64,000 nt of DNA. It comes from a virus (taxonomy: Duplodnaviria; Caudoviricetes). Where the stretch lies: positions 96,001 to 160,000 of IMG/VR virus record IMGVR_UViG_3300021514_000002; one strand, written 5' to 3'. The position numbers and the translations under genes were made by a program. Below the pieces are notes generated by a model, which was not told the DNA's origin, made no database searches, and saw only the letters and a program-made list of their open reading frames with translations. Below are positions 45,730 through 56,494 of this stretch, piece by piece (the first letter of the stretch is position 1; each line of letters starts with the position of its first letter).

Positions 45730-46677
45730 CTATTTGGCGTAGAAATAAGATGCAAATTCAGATTCAGGCATCTCCGAGATTTCAGCTTCATTGCGCTTAA
45801 TACGCATCATTTTATTACTATCATTGTAATCAATTAAAATTTCATCAACATACATATATGATTTTGCTTGACGGATAGATAGTTCACTGATCATTTGTAA
45901 AGTGTATTCAATTAACGCTTTTATTGCATCATTATTTAATAAAATACCTACTTCACCCTCTTCAAATATTGTACCTTCACGCACATAGTTCTCATGAAAG
46001 ATAGCCATTGAATTTAATTCAGGATTAAGTGATTTAATATAATTTTGAATAGTTTTCGCAATTGTTTCACCTTCACCCTCTTTGATGGTCATGCTTGCCC
46101 TGCCAAATTTATTATCAAGTGAGATGAATTGTAATTGTTCGATACTAATGGAACCGTAAGAGAGATATTTAGTATCACCAAACGTAGTCTTTGAAAAGAA
46201 CGAAGAGCTATCACGCTCACCAGCTTGTGTCATTTGTTCAAAATTTCCATTGCCTAATTGGTCTACAAAATCTTCCATTAATAACGGGCTGGTTCGTTTA
46301 CGTTGACTAGAGGGTACAACGTAACCACGAATTAATCCTGTCATAGAGGCAAGTACTTCTAATAAGTTATTTTTCGCGGCGTAATGCAAGTCAAATGCTT
46401 GATCACGAAATAAATGATGTCTAACACAGTTTTGACTAATATATAAAGGATTTTCTTTGAAATCAATATCGGTAGCTTCCTTTTTATATTTGTAACCTGT
46501 TTCATCTTTGATCTTTCCTGTTAAATTAGAATAACCACGCAATTTTGGCATTGTATGATTGTTAAAGGTTTTCCCATCATTACCTGTTAAGGTTGTTGGT
46601 CCATTCCAATTAACAACACCGTGTCCTAACGCCGTAATCTTAAAATCAACACTTTTGATGCCTGTTACTTTTTTCAT
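45730..46677 (-). CDS. cas7fv: Cas7fv (type I-F2 backbone)
   Basis: [38 protein letters not shown], and terminal YFYAK; 315 aa. Confidence 0.92.
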   Translation of the reverse strand: MKKVTGIKSVDFKITALGHGVVNWNGPTTLTGNDGKTFNNHTMPKLRGYSNLTGKIKDETGYKYKKEATDIDFKENPLYISQNCVRHHLFRDQAFDLHYAAKNNLLEVLASMTGLIRGYVVPSSQRKRTSPLLMEDFVDQLGNGNFEQMTQAGERDSSSFFSKTTFGDTKYLSYGSISIEQLQFISLDNKFGRASMTIKEGEGETIAKTIQNYIKSLNPELNSMAIFHENYVREGTIFEEGEVGILLNNDAIKALIEYTLQMISELSIRQAKSYMYVDEILIDYNDSNKMMRIKRNEAEISEMPESEFASYFYAK

Positions 46678-46681
46678 TTTT

Positions 46682-49267
46682 TCACCCTATTAATATATTT
46701 GAAATTGAACCAATCGGCTGCTTGTCACAAATTGCATAATAAATAGCTGATTGATGTGCTTTTTGTTCGCCACCAATGGCGTTCAAATCTTCTTTTGTGT
46801 AACTTAGATAAATTGGTGTATCTGGATTTCGTGCAGCATTTAATAATATATCTTCATTATACGTTTTTTTCGTTTTTTTGATATTATGATGTTTAGTTAA
46901 CATATATGATAACAGATTATTCTCAGCATTACCATACCCTTTTATTAACCCAACACTTGCTGTTAATCCTATTGTAGTTTGGGTATGATCAGTGTCTTCT
47001 GTATAAGCATACTCATTTGGAAATTCATATTTTTTCGAATTTACTACGCGGCAAATTGCCATTTGTACAAATCTGTTATCACCACGTAAAGAATTATTTT
47101 TAATTTTACTCGTCTGCTTGTTTAATGAAACTTTTTTATGAGGGTAAAATAATGGATCTATTATATTTTGGTTTATAAGTGTTGCACTGTCTTTTAACAT
47201 TAATAATAATTCTTCTTTAATTTCGTTTAAAGATATTTCGTCCTTATAGAATTTTTTATATAACGCATAAAGATAATTAATATCAACAACATTACTGTTA
47301 ACATTGGAACATAAAAAATTATACCATGCTTTAGTGCTTTTTAATAAATTCTGCGTTCTTAAAAACCAACCGGTTTGTCCATTATCTATATTTTCAGGTA
47401 CTACCGTAAGGTATTCATTGATTGTGTTATTTTTACCAAAACGATCTAAACGACCTAACCGCTGTAACCAATTCTCTGCGGTTGTTAATTCTGTTATCAT
47501 GTTATCGCAGCTAATGTTTAATGAGGATTGAATGATAGGTCCACTACGCATTATATCGAATTCACTATTACCACCTTCCTTGAAATTATCCATAATCGTA
47601 TTAAATAATGAAAGTTTATCAGCTTTTTTGAATTTAGAATGAAACAATATACCATTTTCTTGATGCATATTTTTAATAAAACCGAGTTGTGCAGTAATTG
47701 CGGTATTACTAATCACAAACGTATTCTTTTTGAATATTTTTTGTGTTAATAATGAATTATTCACATCATCAATTTTAAAATTTACACGATATTTAGATTT
47801 GTTAAAGCTTTTAATATCAAATATATCACTTGAATCAATTTTTAAGACTTTATTCACAAAATAGTAATTGGGTGTAGCAGATACCAATAATGTATTTGCC
47901 TTATCTCCTTGTAACTTTTTGTTTTCAATTAGTTCTGCAAACAACAAATTAAAGGCTGGCATTGTAATTAATTCATGATATTCATCGAAAATGACATGTG
48001 AATTCATTAAAGTTATTAATGCAGTTATATCAGAATGTGTGGTAATTGTGTTTATCGCGTGATCTATCGTAGTAATAACAATATCCCCTGTGAACATATT
48101 ATGTTCTGCGGTTTCCTGCTCAATGCCATTAGTTTTTGTATTTTTGTACTCACCTGTATAAATTTCTATTCGACTGTTTTTTAAATAATCCAATTGTGAC
48201 AGATCGTGATATAGTCCAAGACACACGTTTACCCGAGGAGCTATCCATATAATTTTCTTAACATTACTGTTGAATGCCCATTCTAGGGCAATTTTAGTTT
48301 TACCACAACCCGCTGGCCCTTCAAGAACTGCAATATCGTTAACATCTTGACATTGTTTTGCCACTACCGCTTGTGCTTTGTTTTGTTGACTATCTGGGTA
48401 TAATATAGTAAAGCCTTCAAGACATTGCGCTATTTCAGTTTGAAGCGTACTATTATTATCCAAATGTTTATTGGTTAAAAAGTTTAAACTTTTATCGTTT
48501 ATACGTGTTGTCAATTCACAAGCTGAAAGTGTTGACACAATTCTATCAGCAGTTATAATAGCAGCCCTGATGATATTTTTATCAGCGTTTTCTTTAATTT
48601 CCCTAGTATAATCATCAATAATATCATTGTTTTCCGAATATTCTTTATAAAGGAGATTTTGTTTTTTTAAAGCGTATACAGCATCCTCAGTTATATCCGT
48701 TACTCGTTTCGGTAATTTGATAACATTATTAGAATAAGTTAAGAGTGAAGAATTTACACTTTCCAATATTTGACTGGCTTCTTTTAGAAATAATTCCATA
48801 TTCATATCAGCATTAAAAGAATTATTGACTTTATTGTAAATTTCAGCTTGATTTTTGTAATTATTCTTTCTTATAGGTTTACTGTGATGCCAGTAAATAC
48901 CATGTGTCGCATAATCAAATTGTTTTGGATTTAATCTTTTATCATTTCGATCATTTAGTAAATTAAATAGAAATAGTGAAATTTCGTTGTGTCTTGGATG
49001 CTTTTCAAAAGAAAATTTGCCCCTGTTGATATGTACCCCATCATTAACATCCACTGCTTTTGAACGAGAGTTTAACCAGTTTTGAAATGCAGGATCTAAT
49101 TTACCGATGTCGTGGAAGCAACCCGCCACCAATGTAGCATATGCTAATTTACTATTATTAGTAAGTTTATTAACAATATCATATCCAATCCACCCAACAG
49201 CAAATAAATGATCGGCAAGTAAATGTTGTTTATCATTAGCATAATATGATATTAAATTATTGGTCAC
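46682..49267 (-). CDS. cas3: Cas3 HD nuclease-SF2 helicase without N-terminal Cas2 domain
   Basis: HLLADH at about residue 15, [21 protein letters not shown] and QRLGRLDR motifs. Confidence 0.92.
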   Translation of the reverse strand: MTNNLISYYANDKQHLLADHLFAVGWIGYDIVNKLTNNSKLAYATLVAGCFHDIGKLDPAFQNWLNSRSKAVDVNDGVHINRGKFSFEKHPRHNEISLFLFNLLNDRNDKRLNPKQFDYATHGIYWHHSKPIRKNNYKNQAEIYNKVNNSFNADMNMELFLKEASQILESVNSSLLTYSNNVIKLPKRVTDITEDAVYALKKQNLLYKEYSENNDIIDDYTREIKENADKNIIRAAIITADRIVSTLSACELTTRINDKSLNFLTNKHLDNNSTLQTEIAQCLEGFTILYPDSQQNKAQAVVAKQCQDVNDIAVLEGPAGCGKTKIALEWAFNSNVKKIIWIAPRVNVCLGLYHDLSQLDYLKNSRIEIYTGEYKNTKTNGIEQETAEHNMFTGDIVITTIDHAINTITTHSDITALITLMNSHVIFDEYHELITMPAFNLLFAELIENKKLQGDKANTLLVSATPNYYFVNKVLKIDSSDIFDIKSFNKSKYRVNFKIDDVNNSLLTQKIFKKNTFVISNTAITAQLGFIKNMHQENGILFHSKFKKADKLSLFNTIMDNFKEGGNSEFDIMRSGPIIQSSLNISCDNMITELTTAENWLQRLGRLDRFGKNNTINEYLTVVPENIDNGQTGWFLRTQNLLKSTKAWYNFLCSNVNSNVVDINYLYALYKKFYKDEISLNEIKEELLLMLKDSATLINQNIIDPLFYPHKKVSLNKQTSKIKNNSLRGDNRFVQMAICRVVNSKKYEFPNEYAYTEDTDHTQTTIGLTASVGLIKGYGNAENNLLSYMLTKHHNIKKTKKTYNEDILLNAARNPDTPIYLSYTKEDLNAIGGEQKAHQSAIYYAICDKQPIGSISNILIG

Positions 49268-49303
49268 TATTCTGAGTATCCTACTTCTGTTTAAGTTGAC
49301 AAT

Positions 49304-49332
49304 ATTATAACCTAATTCTAATAAGTTGTCAA
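49304..49332 (-). promoter_or_regulatory. Consensus sigma70 promoter of the cas operon, containing the AATTAGGTTA box
   Basis: TTGACA-acttattagaattaggt-TATAAT, 36 nt upstream of the cas3 start. Confidence 0.85.
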
Positions 49333-49601
49333 GCCATGACTAATTCATTTTCAACTTGTTTTAATTTCTGATGATTATCAATGCGCATTAGGTTCTTTTC
49401 AGACTGTACATATACACCGCTTTCAGAATACCTTCCACCATACCTATACAATGTAAGTTGAAGAACATCTACCTCCCACAAATCAACAGCTATTAAATCG
49501 TCTAATCCACCTAAAAAATTACCCACTGTCACACACTTACCAATATTTTCAGGGCGTCCACTATTAATCACTAAGGCCAATCAACCTTTTTCTATTTTCA
49601 T
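49329..49601 (-). pseudogene. Small phage gene interrupted by an in-frame TGA at codon 7
   Basis: SD AAGGAAG then MKIEKG*LALVINSGRPENIGKCVTV. Confidence 0.5.
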
Positions 49602-50666
49602 TTTAACTTCCTTTATAAACAATACACAATAATATCATATATTACCTATTAAGGTCAAGGATTAAAGAATAGCCATAGCATAGCCGTACCTGTCAATTCC
49701 CAACATTTCACTTGACAATTAGGTTATAATGTTATATGATTACTACATACCAACTTTTAAGGATTAAATAATGCCAGCTTATAATATATCTAAAACGTTA
49801 GAACTTGTTGCTTATTATGACGCTGATTACGGTTCGCCCACTATTCGGGAATTGTTTACCGCAAGTTTGTGTTCAGGTATTAAACCTTTCATGTTAGATA
49901 AGAATACTCCTGCCTTTGATTATAATGAATTACTTGAAACTTTCTGGATTCATATGGTTTATCCAGTATCAGATTCATCATTACAAATTCATATTAGTTC
50001 TATACTGGACAGTCTGTTCTATGCCCATTATATTAGTGGGAGTCAAGATCAAGACGGTAATCTGGATATTGATAGTTGTGATCTTCTTGAAGTAGGTGAA
50101 GTAGTAGCAGAATTACTTATTGAATTTTGTGCATGTAATGAACCTTATGTAGTACAATCTACAGATCATCATCAGTGGTTCAACCATTAACCACATGATG
50201 AATAAGGGTATTATATAACATGGTTAAACGTAACTCTGTATTTAATATAGAAGTACCACATTTAGCGATGCTTTTATTTGAATTGTATGAATATGATAAA
50301 GTTGATATTGATGCTTTTGCTAATGACGTAAAGAAACATATATTGCCAAAAAATGACAAGACTAACATTAATGATATTGTACATAGAATTAGAAATAAAT
50401 CACATGTAGATAAAATAGATTTACCAAAAGGATATTATGTAAGATCTGATGGACAATTAAATACTTTTTGGTTGGATAAATCATACACGTATATGCAATA
50501 CGAAACTAGTAGATGGGGGTATAGTTGGACGCGAAAACAAATACTACAAATAAACAATTTCGTTAAAAATAATGGATGGCAGATAATTACAGTCATACTC
50601 ATTATTATAGGTATTATTCGCAAATAACCTAATTCTTATAAGATGTCAAGCCTTAAAGACTTCAAT

Positions 50667-51410
50667 TCAAATTTCGTAACTATCATATAGTTGGGTATGT
50701 AAATCCTCCAACATAGAAACCATACAATCTAATCGGATATCAGACTTTGATGTTTCACGCAAGGTCTTGACATCCAGTAGGATTTCAGCACTCAGCACCC
50801 GCTTGTTCTTTAATGTAGTCACTTTAAAGAATGTGCTAACCAAGCCACTATCCCTAACATATTCATTATGCTTCAAAAAATCAGCCGCTGATTTTTTGTC
50901 TGTAAAATTGACAATAAACCGCTTCCCGCTTCCCTCTACATAATTACAGACATCATCACACATAATTTCGTTTAAGTAATATAGGTTAGCATAGTTCTCA
51001 CGATGGATATCATTCAAGGCTTTTTCCACTGTAATATAGGGGGGTATGTTAATAGGAGTTCTTGTATTTTTAGCAACAACGTTCTTTGGTTTAAACTTAT
51101 ATAAGAAGGGGAAATGTCCTATGATTCCCAATAATTCCGTCTGGCGAATAATTAAGTCTTTGGCAACTTTGAATATGGCTATGTCAAACCATTCAGTATG
51201 GCCATCGCCTTTATATATCCTTGTATTGTATTCTTTGAAATGTAGATGGCAGAAGTTTTCTACAGCTGTCGCGTTTTCGCATTCAAACATATAGGTTTTA
51301 TCATAGTTAATTTCCCCAACTACGGTGACTAGTCTTGATCTAGGGTTATTAGAAAACCCAATCTTGAAAGCGGTTTTTTCAACATTAGGGGCAAAGTATA
51401 GGTATGACAT
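50667..51410 (-). CDS. GIY-YIG-like (T5orf172/MUG113) domain protein
   Basis: YLYF..FKIGFSNNPRSRL..VE..CH..F..Y...GHTEWF. Confidence 0.75.
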   Translation of the reverse strand: MSYLYFAPNVEKTAFKIGFSNNPRSRLVTVVGEINYDKTYMFECENATAVENFCHLHFKEYNTRIYKGDGHTEWFDIAIFKVAKDLIIRQTELLGIIGHFPFLYKFKPKNVVAKNTRTPINIPPYITVEKALNDIHRENYANLYYLNEIMCDDVCNYVEGSGKRFIVNFTDKKSAADFLKHNEYVRDSGLVSTFFKVTTLKNKRVLSAEILLDVKTLRETSKSDIRLDCMVSMLEDLHTQLYDSYEI

Positions 51411-51681
51411 ATCCTTAGTATATCATGAAGCCTTAAAGACTTCAAGTTTGACAATCACAATATTCCCATGGCATAGTCGTACCTGTCTTTCGTACTGTCA
51501 AAGACTTCCATCTCCAAGGCATGGGTCAATTCCCGACTACTCTTTCTGTCTGTCAATACATAGACCGTTCCATTTGTGCCCACCCGTACAGGATACGTCT
51601 GTCCCTTAGTAAACAATACTCTTCCACTTCCCAGACTGTAGTAGTCACATACAGCTTTTACCCTGTCACCTGTCTTGTATT

Positions 51682-52437
51682 TCATACAATAAACACCTCT
51701 AATACACTTCCCAGTTCAAACAGTATTTCATTAACATTAGGAAATAGCCATGTATTTTCCGCCTGTTTATTACCATAATGATTTAACATGTCAAATACAT
51801 GACCTGAGAAATCTGGATACCAATGGAAGATTTTAACAACATCTATCTGTTTATCCCTTAGTTCTTTCATAAGGGTACTAACACCTTGCTTGTGTATCAT
51901 TATGGAAAGAAGGTTAGGGGATTGTACGCTGGTCTTATACAGTATCAACAGTGGGTCAATATTACGATTGGCTTCAATACGATGTTTAATATCTTTGCCT
52001 AAGAAGTTCTTCCAGCCCCCATTGACATAGAAAGAAGGGTAACGTCGGGCAGGATTTTTAGGGATTCCTTTAGGGATTAGACCATCGTCAAAGGCTTCTT
52101 TATACTGATCAACGTTTTTAAATTGCATCGTTTGTATTAGATTTACCGCCTCCCAATATTTCATAAGATCTTTTTCACGTACAGCTTTAGGACTATCTGC
52201 ATCGTAAACATTGTCAGTTTCAAGGAATGTTTTCCAGTCTATCCATTCAGGATATACCCTTTCTGGTCGTGTGGGAATACCCCCAGGTTTATAGTCACGT
52301 ACCCATGCACGATACTGGCGAAAGGTTTTAATCCCTGCCATATTAGTTAAGTCTTTACACATATGATAAGGTATCCACCTCCAGTCCATGGGTTTACTCT
52401 TTAGGACTATCTTAGGGATGGTTGTTTTCTTACCCAT
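51682..52437 (-). CDS. Protein with two 'integrase repeat'-like units
   Basis: GIPTRPERVYPEWIDWKTFL and GIPKNPARRYPSF...GWKNFLG repeats. Confidence 0.55.
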   Translation of the reverse strand: MGKKTTIPKIVLKSKPMDWRWIPYHMCKDLTNMAGIKTFRQYRAWVRDYKPGGIPTRPERVYPEWIDWKTFLETDNVYDADSPKAVREKDLMKYWEAVNLIQTMQFKNVDQYKEAFDDGLIPKGIPKNPARRYPSFYVNGGWKNFLGKDIKHRIEANRNIDPLLILYKTSVQSPNLLSIMIHKQGVSTLMKELRDKQIDVVKIFHWYPDFSGHVFDMLNHYGNKQAENTWLFPNVNEILFELGSVLEVFIV

Positions 52438-53140
52438 TATCAGGATTCCATGTATTACCTTTTTGAAGGTTTTCAGAAGCGGTTATAATTTGTAGGTTAT
52501 ATTCAACATGAAGTCCACAGACATTCACACCTTGTAATGGAACAATATGGTCAACGTGAAATATTTCATTACCACCAGCGATTCTGGTACAAATATTTAA
52601 ATCTTGACAATCTTCATAAATGTCATGGATTATTTTTATATTTGACCATATTGGTCTGGCTTGTATTCTCCATGCTCTACGAGAAGCACAGTATGCATTA
52701 TTTTGTGCTTTATTATTTTGTCTATATAATCGTTGTTGTTTATTAAGATGGTTTTTGTTGTGTTTTTTGTATTTTCCACTACACAATTTTATCTTATCAC
52801 GATTACATATATTATATTCTTTATTGTATTCGGATATTTTTTCGTAATTCTGTTCAACATATTTTTTATGTTGTTTGTTCACTTCCTTCTTGTTATTCTG
52901 ATACCATTCTTTTTGTTGCATCATTAAATATTCTTTATTCTTATTTCTATATCCTTTATTGTATTGTGCTATTTTTTTCTTATTATTTGCCTTATATTGT
53001 TTATCATATGTTTTACTACATCCCGCACAACAACCATTAATCACTCTTCTTTCAGTAATATGTCCTTGGGGACATTCTTTTCCTGTAAAGTACCAAATTA
53101 AACCTGTTTCTTTTGCTTCTTTTCTTGTTATCACTTTCAT
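52430..53140 (-). CDS. HNH-family protein, paralogue of 63481..63987
   Basis: RKEAK..GL..YFTGK.C..GH N-terminus and HVDHIVPLQG.NVCGLH..YNLQ C-terminus. Confidence 0.8.
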   Translation of the reverse strand: MKVITRKEAKETGLIWYFTGKECPQGHITERRVINGCCAGCSKTYDKQYKANNKKKIAQYNKGYRNKNKEYLMMQQKEWYQNNKKEVNKQHKKYVEQNYEKISEYNKEYNICNRDKIKLCSGKYKKHNKNHLNKQQRLYRQNNKAQNNAYCASRRAWRIQARPIWSNIKIIHDIYEDCQDLNICTRIAGGNEIFHVDHIVPLQGVNVCGLHVEYNLQIITASENLQKGNTWNPDNG

Positions 53141-53240
53141 AACAATATTTATAGTAAAAACAACAACATGTACCTTTTGAAGTTCAAAAGTGTGTGCAAG
53201 AATTATTATTGTGGGAAATTATGGTAAACTATGGGACGAT

Positions 53241-53370
53241 TGTGTGATGATAATGTGACGATGATGTGATGATTACTCTATTATCATAAGGTTTTACTTA
53301 TGACGATGATGTGATGATCGTGTGATGATTATGTGACGATTGTGTGATTTTGTGGATAAATTGTGGATAA
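53241..53370. repeat. Origin-like region 1: 11-bp TGTGAYNAT arrays and two tandem DnaA boxes
   Basis: TGTGGATAA at 53351-53359 and 53362-53370, within about 500 bp of non-coding DNA. Confidence 0.6.
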
Positions 53371-53655
53371 CTATTGTCCACTCTTAGACACTGTTTAATA
53401 ATAGTTGGGTATAGCTGCCCATGTAAGCGTCAAAGTCTTCATTTGACAGTTTTTCACAGTGGGAAACCATTTTCACCATTTTTAAAACTTCAATGATTTC
53501 AATAGGTTAACTAACTTTGTACCCGTTCGCGACTCACTTTTTAAAACTGTGGAAATCGTATAAAATCGTGTAACTATTGACAATGGTTAAAAATGGTGTT
53601 ACACTGTAAAGGACTGTGTCCGAAGGACGCAGGTGCGCTTCGCGTGACTGTCTCT

Positions 53656-55143
53656 TTAAAAATATATTTTTGTATCTTTAGGTTTCTTCACTGCGATTGT
53701 ATTATCTAATACGCCATTGATATATGTCATCCCAGTCATTGTGGTTGATGTCGACATCAAAGCTTCGGTGCCTAAACGTTTATCCGTGAAATCTTTATTA
53801 ATAAAATCCTTTATCTTTTCATCAGGGGAATGGTGCCGTGTCGCCCTGACTAATTCTTTACCTAATGTTAAGGTACGTTTCAACAGATTGACATTGCTAC
53901 ATTCAGAATAGAACAATGCTTTGGATTCCTGAATATATTCAACGCATGTCATAACTTCTGCAGTTAAGGTTACCTGCTTCTCTGCCCATTCATCTGCTTT
54001 CCATTCATGGGCGTGTGACGTTTGTGTGATGACTAATAATACTATTACTATTACGAATAAACATTTCATGATTGTCTCCAATATTGTATGCATGATATTT
54101 AAATTATTTATTCACACGATATCGCTGTTAAGGCGAATCCTCCACGTGCCGCATACCCTAGATAACATTGGCTGTCAAAATCAAATTTGATATAAATGGG
54201 TTGGACGCCCCATCTAGTAAGTGTAGCCCGTGTTGAAATGATTTCCGTTATGTCGGCACCCTGTGGAACATTCCGTAATGCCTGTTTGTAATGTGGTGAT
54301 AGTAGGATTTCTGGTTTATCAGCTGCATGAGCCTGATTAATAACATTTGATGTTGCCATTAATATGGCTAACCATAAGGCGAAAAGTATTTTCATTAGGG
54401 ATTTCCTTTAGTTGGGCAGTTAATATTAGCGGATGTTCCTTGTTTATGAAAGCGGCTTTGAAGGAAACATTGTCCCCTGAATTTAAATATTATATAGGCT
54501 AAGCTGGGGTTTTTAGTTGGTACCCATTCAATGATTGTAGCACCCTGTGGCAATACTTGTTCGGTATATCTATCAACCACTTCTTTCTGACTTTTAGGCA
54601 TGTCACTTTGTGCCATTAGACTGACAAGTAAAATGCCGAAGAGTATTATTAAAACAATATGTAATAATTTCATAAAATCTCCTATGAGTTAGTAAGCACT
54701 GGATGTTCACAGTTTTCAAGTGCCCAGTCTGTCCAATACTTTAACCACTGGATACGTGCCCAAGCGCCGCCTAGTTCTGTGTCAAAAATATCAGCATCTG
54801 GGTCCAGAGTTTTGGCTTGCATTTTTAAGCGATTGTAAGCAGTGTCAATGGCTTCCTTGAATTCCTTATTAATAGGGAACGCACCAGGATGCCCACCACG
54901 GATGTTACCAGAAGAGCCGTCCTCAACCATATAATACATTGCGTGCAAGATCTTAGCATACTTACAGAATTCGTACCAGCTGGTATATGATGGCCAACGT
55001 TCATTTGTATAGTCCGTAGGTTCCCCAAATGCGGGAGCATCGTCCATACGAACACCTGCTGCAGTAATGCGACAATATGCTTCTAAGCCGTCTTCTACAT
55101 ATGATTCAATATTAGCTTCGCCAATCGTTAATGTGTAACCCAT
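53656..55143 (-). other. Four hypothetical CDSs, three with signal peptides
   Basis: 53656.., 54108..54395, 54395..54673 and 54682..55143. Confidence 0.6.
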
Positions 55144-55230
55144 TTAATTCTCCAGTGTTAATAAGCATTTATTATATAACAATAGGTTACGATTGTCAAT
55201 GGTGATTTACATTAGTAGAAGATTTTTCTA

Positions 55231-55737
55231 TTATAATTTACATGGAACACCATTACAAGTATCAACACCTTCCGCATCACATTGGACAAATTCACTCGTG
55301 TGGCCAGCGTTTGCATTATACATATACAAAAGATGATGCACGAATTCATGTCGTAGCGTTTCCCTGTCCGAATGACAATTGCGAGGGATAAGGTCAGTAT
55401 CAGTATTGATAAAGATTGTGTCAGGCTGCGTCGTGATGCCGCTGGCCATGAAAACTCCCCAGCCACCAAACTGGCCATTGTAGTCTTCCTTAAAACTAAT
55501 GTACTTAATTGTTGGACCAGTACCAGATAGGCTTAAACAAGATTCTACACTTTTGTAAACGCTTTCCATTTCACCAAATGTGATAAAAGCTTCGCTTGTT
55601 GGCGTTAGTGTCAACCCTGTACTACCAACCATGCCATTTGTATAATTGTGTTTGGTATCGCAACCAGGATATTCGGGTTCTTCACAGCCAATAAGTAACA
55701 TAATAGGTAATAATAACAATAGCGATAAATGCTTCAT
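55231..55737 (-). CDS. Lipoprotein with HExxH metallopeptidase-like motif
   Basis: LLIGC lipobox and TLRHEFVHH. Confidence 0.6.
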   Translation of the reverse strand: MKHLSLLLLLPIMLLIGCEEPEYPGCDTKHNYTNGMVGSTGLTLTPTSEAFITFGEMESVYKSVESCLSLSGTGPTIKYISFKEDYNGQFGGWGVFMASGITTQPDTIFINTDTDLIPRNCHSDRETLRHEFVHHLLYMYNANAGHTSEFVQCDAEGVDTCNGVPCKL

Positions 55738-55838
55738 ACTTTACTCCCGTTGTAATATTTGGATTTAAAAATGTATGTTAATAAGCATTTATTATATAAC
55801 AATAGGTTACAAAAGTCAAGAATGTTATGGCAGACACA

Positions 55839-55866
55839 AAAAAGCCGCTTAAAGAAGCGGCTTTTT
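55839..55866 (-). terminator. Rho-independent terminator after the beta-barrel gene
   Basis: aaaaagccgctt-aaag-aagcggcttttt. Confidence 0.85.
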
Positions 55867-55887
55867 AATATTAAAATATTCTTTATA

Positions 55888-56391
55888 TTAGAAAGAGTAT
55901 TTTGCACCAAGGTTTACAGTGTCAAGATCGAAATCTGAAACACCAACAGTAACTTCGCGGCGTGTATATCCAACAGTAACATCAAGATTATCTGTAACAC
56001 CAAGAGCTAAACCTGCACCATATGCAAGACCAGTATCATATATTGCCCCGCCGCAACAAGCGAACTTATTGCGTGCATAACCAACACGGCCAGTTACTTT
56101 AAGAGGCATACTAGCAATAGTAGCAACGGTAGGATCAACTACAGCCCATACAGCAGCAGACTGTGCAGTAACACCGTCTTCTTTACCAATATAGTCATAA
56201 GTTACTTCTGCAGCAAGCCAAGAAGTGACATCATAACCAACACCAACACCACCACCGTTAACGCTACCGCTTTCGTTGTTGATATGGGTATTAGCAACAT
56301 TACCTGTTACATAAAAGTCAGACGCCGAAGCAGTACTAACCATACTAACCATTGCGATTACTGTTAAGACGATTCCAAAAATTTTCTTCAT
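55888..56391 (-). CDS. Outer-membrane beta-barrel protein (8-stranded OmpA/Ail-like)
   Basis: Signal peptide, alternating GVGVGYD/LAAEVTYD/VTVGY strands, and C-terminal GAKYSF. Confidence 0.8.
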   Translation of the reverse strand: MKKIFGIVLTVIAMVSMVSTASASDFYVTGNVANTHINNESGSVNGGGVGVGYDVTSWLAAEVTYDYIGKEDGVTAQSAAVWAVVDPTVATIASMPLKVTGRVGYARNKFACCGGAIYDTGLAYGAGLALGVTDNLDVTVGYTRREVTVGVSDFDLDTVNLGAKYSF

Positions 56392-56494
56392 TTGTTATTC
56401 TCCATTGATTTAAAAGTTTTATTTATCACCACAATAACGTATATTGTAATGTGATTATGTATACTACACGAATAATCTTGGGTTGTCAAGGGGG

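Noticed and set aside
44704-49267. Missing cas8f as a sign of a defective system
   Set aside because: Absence of Cas8 is the defining feature of I-F2, where Cas5fv replaces it.
53241-53350. GAT-rich repeats as DnaA-trios
   Set aside because: DnaA-trios are contiguous 3'-GAT-5' triplets; these are 11-bp-period units of a different polarity.
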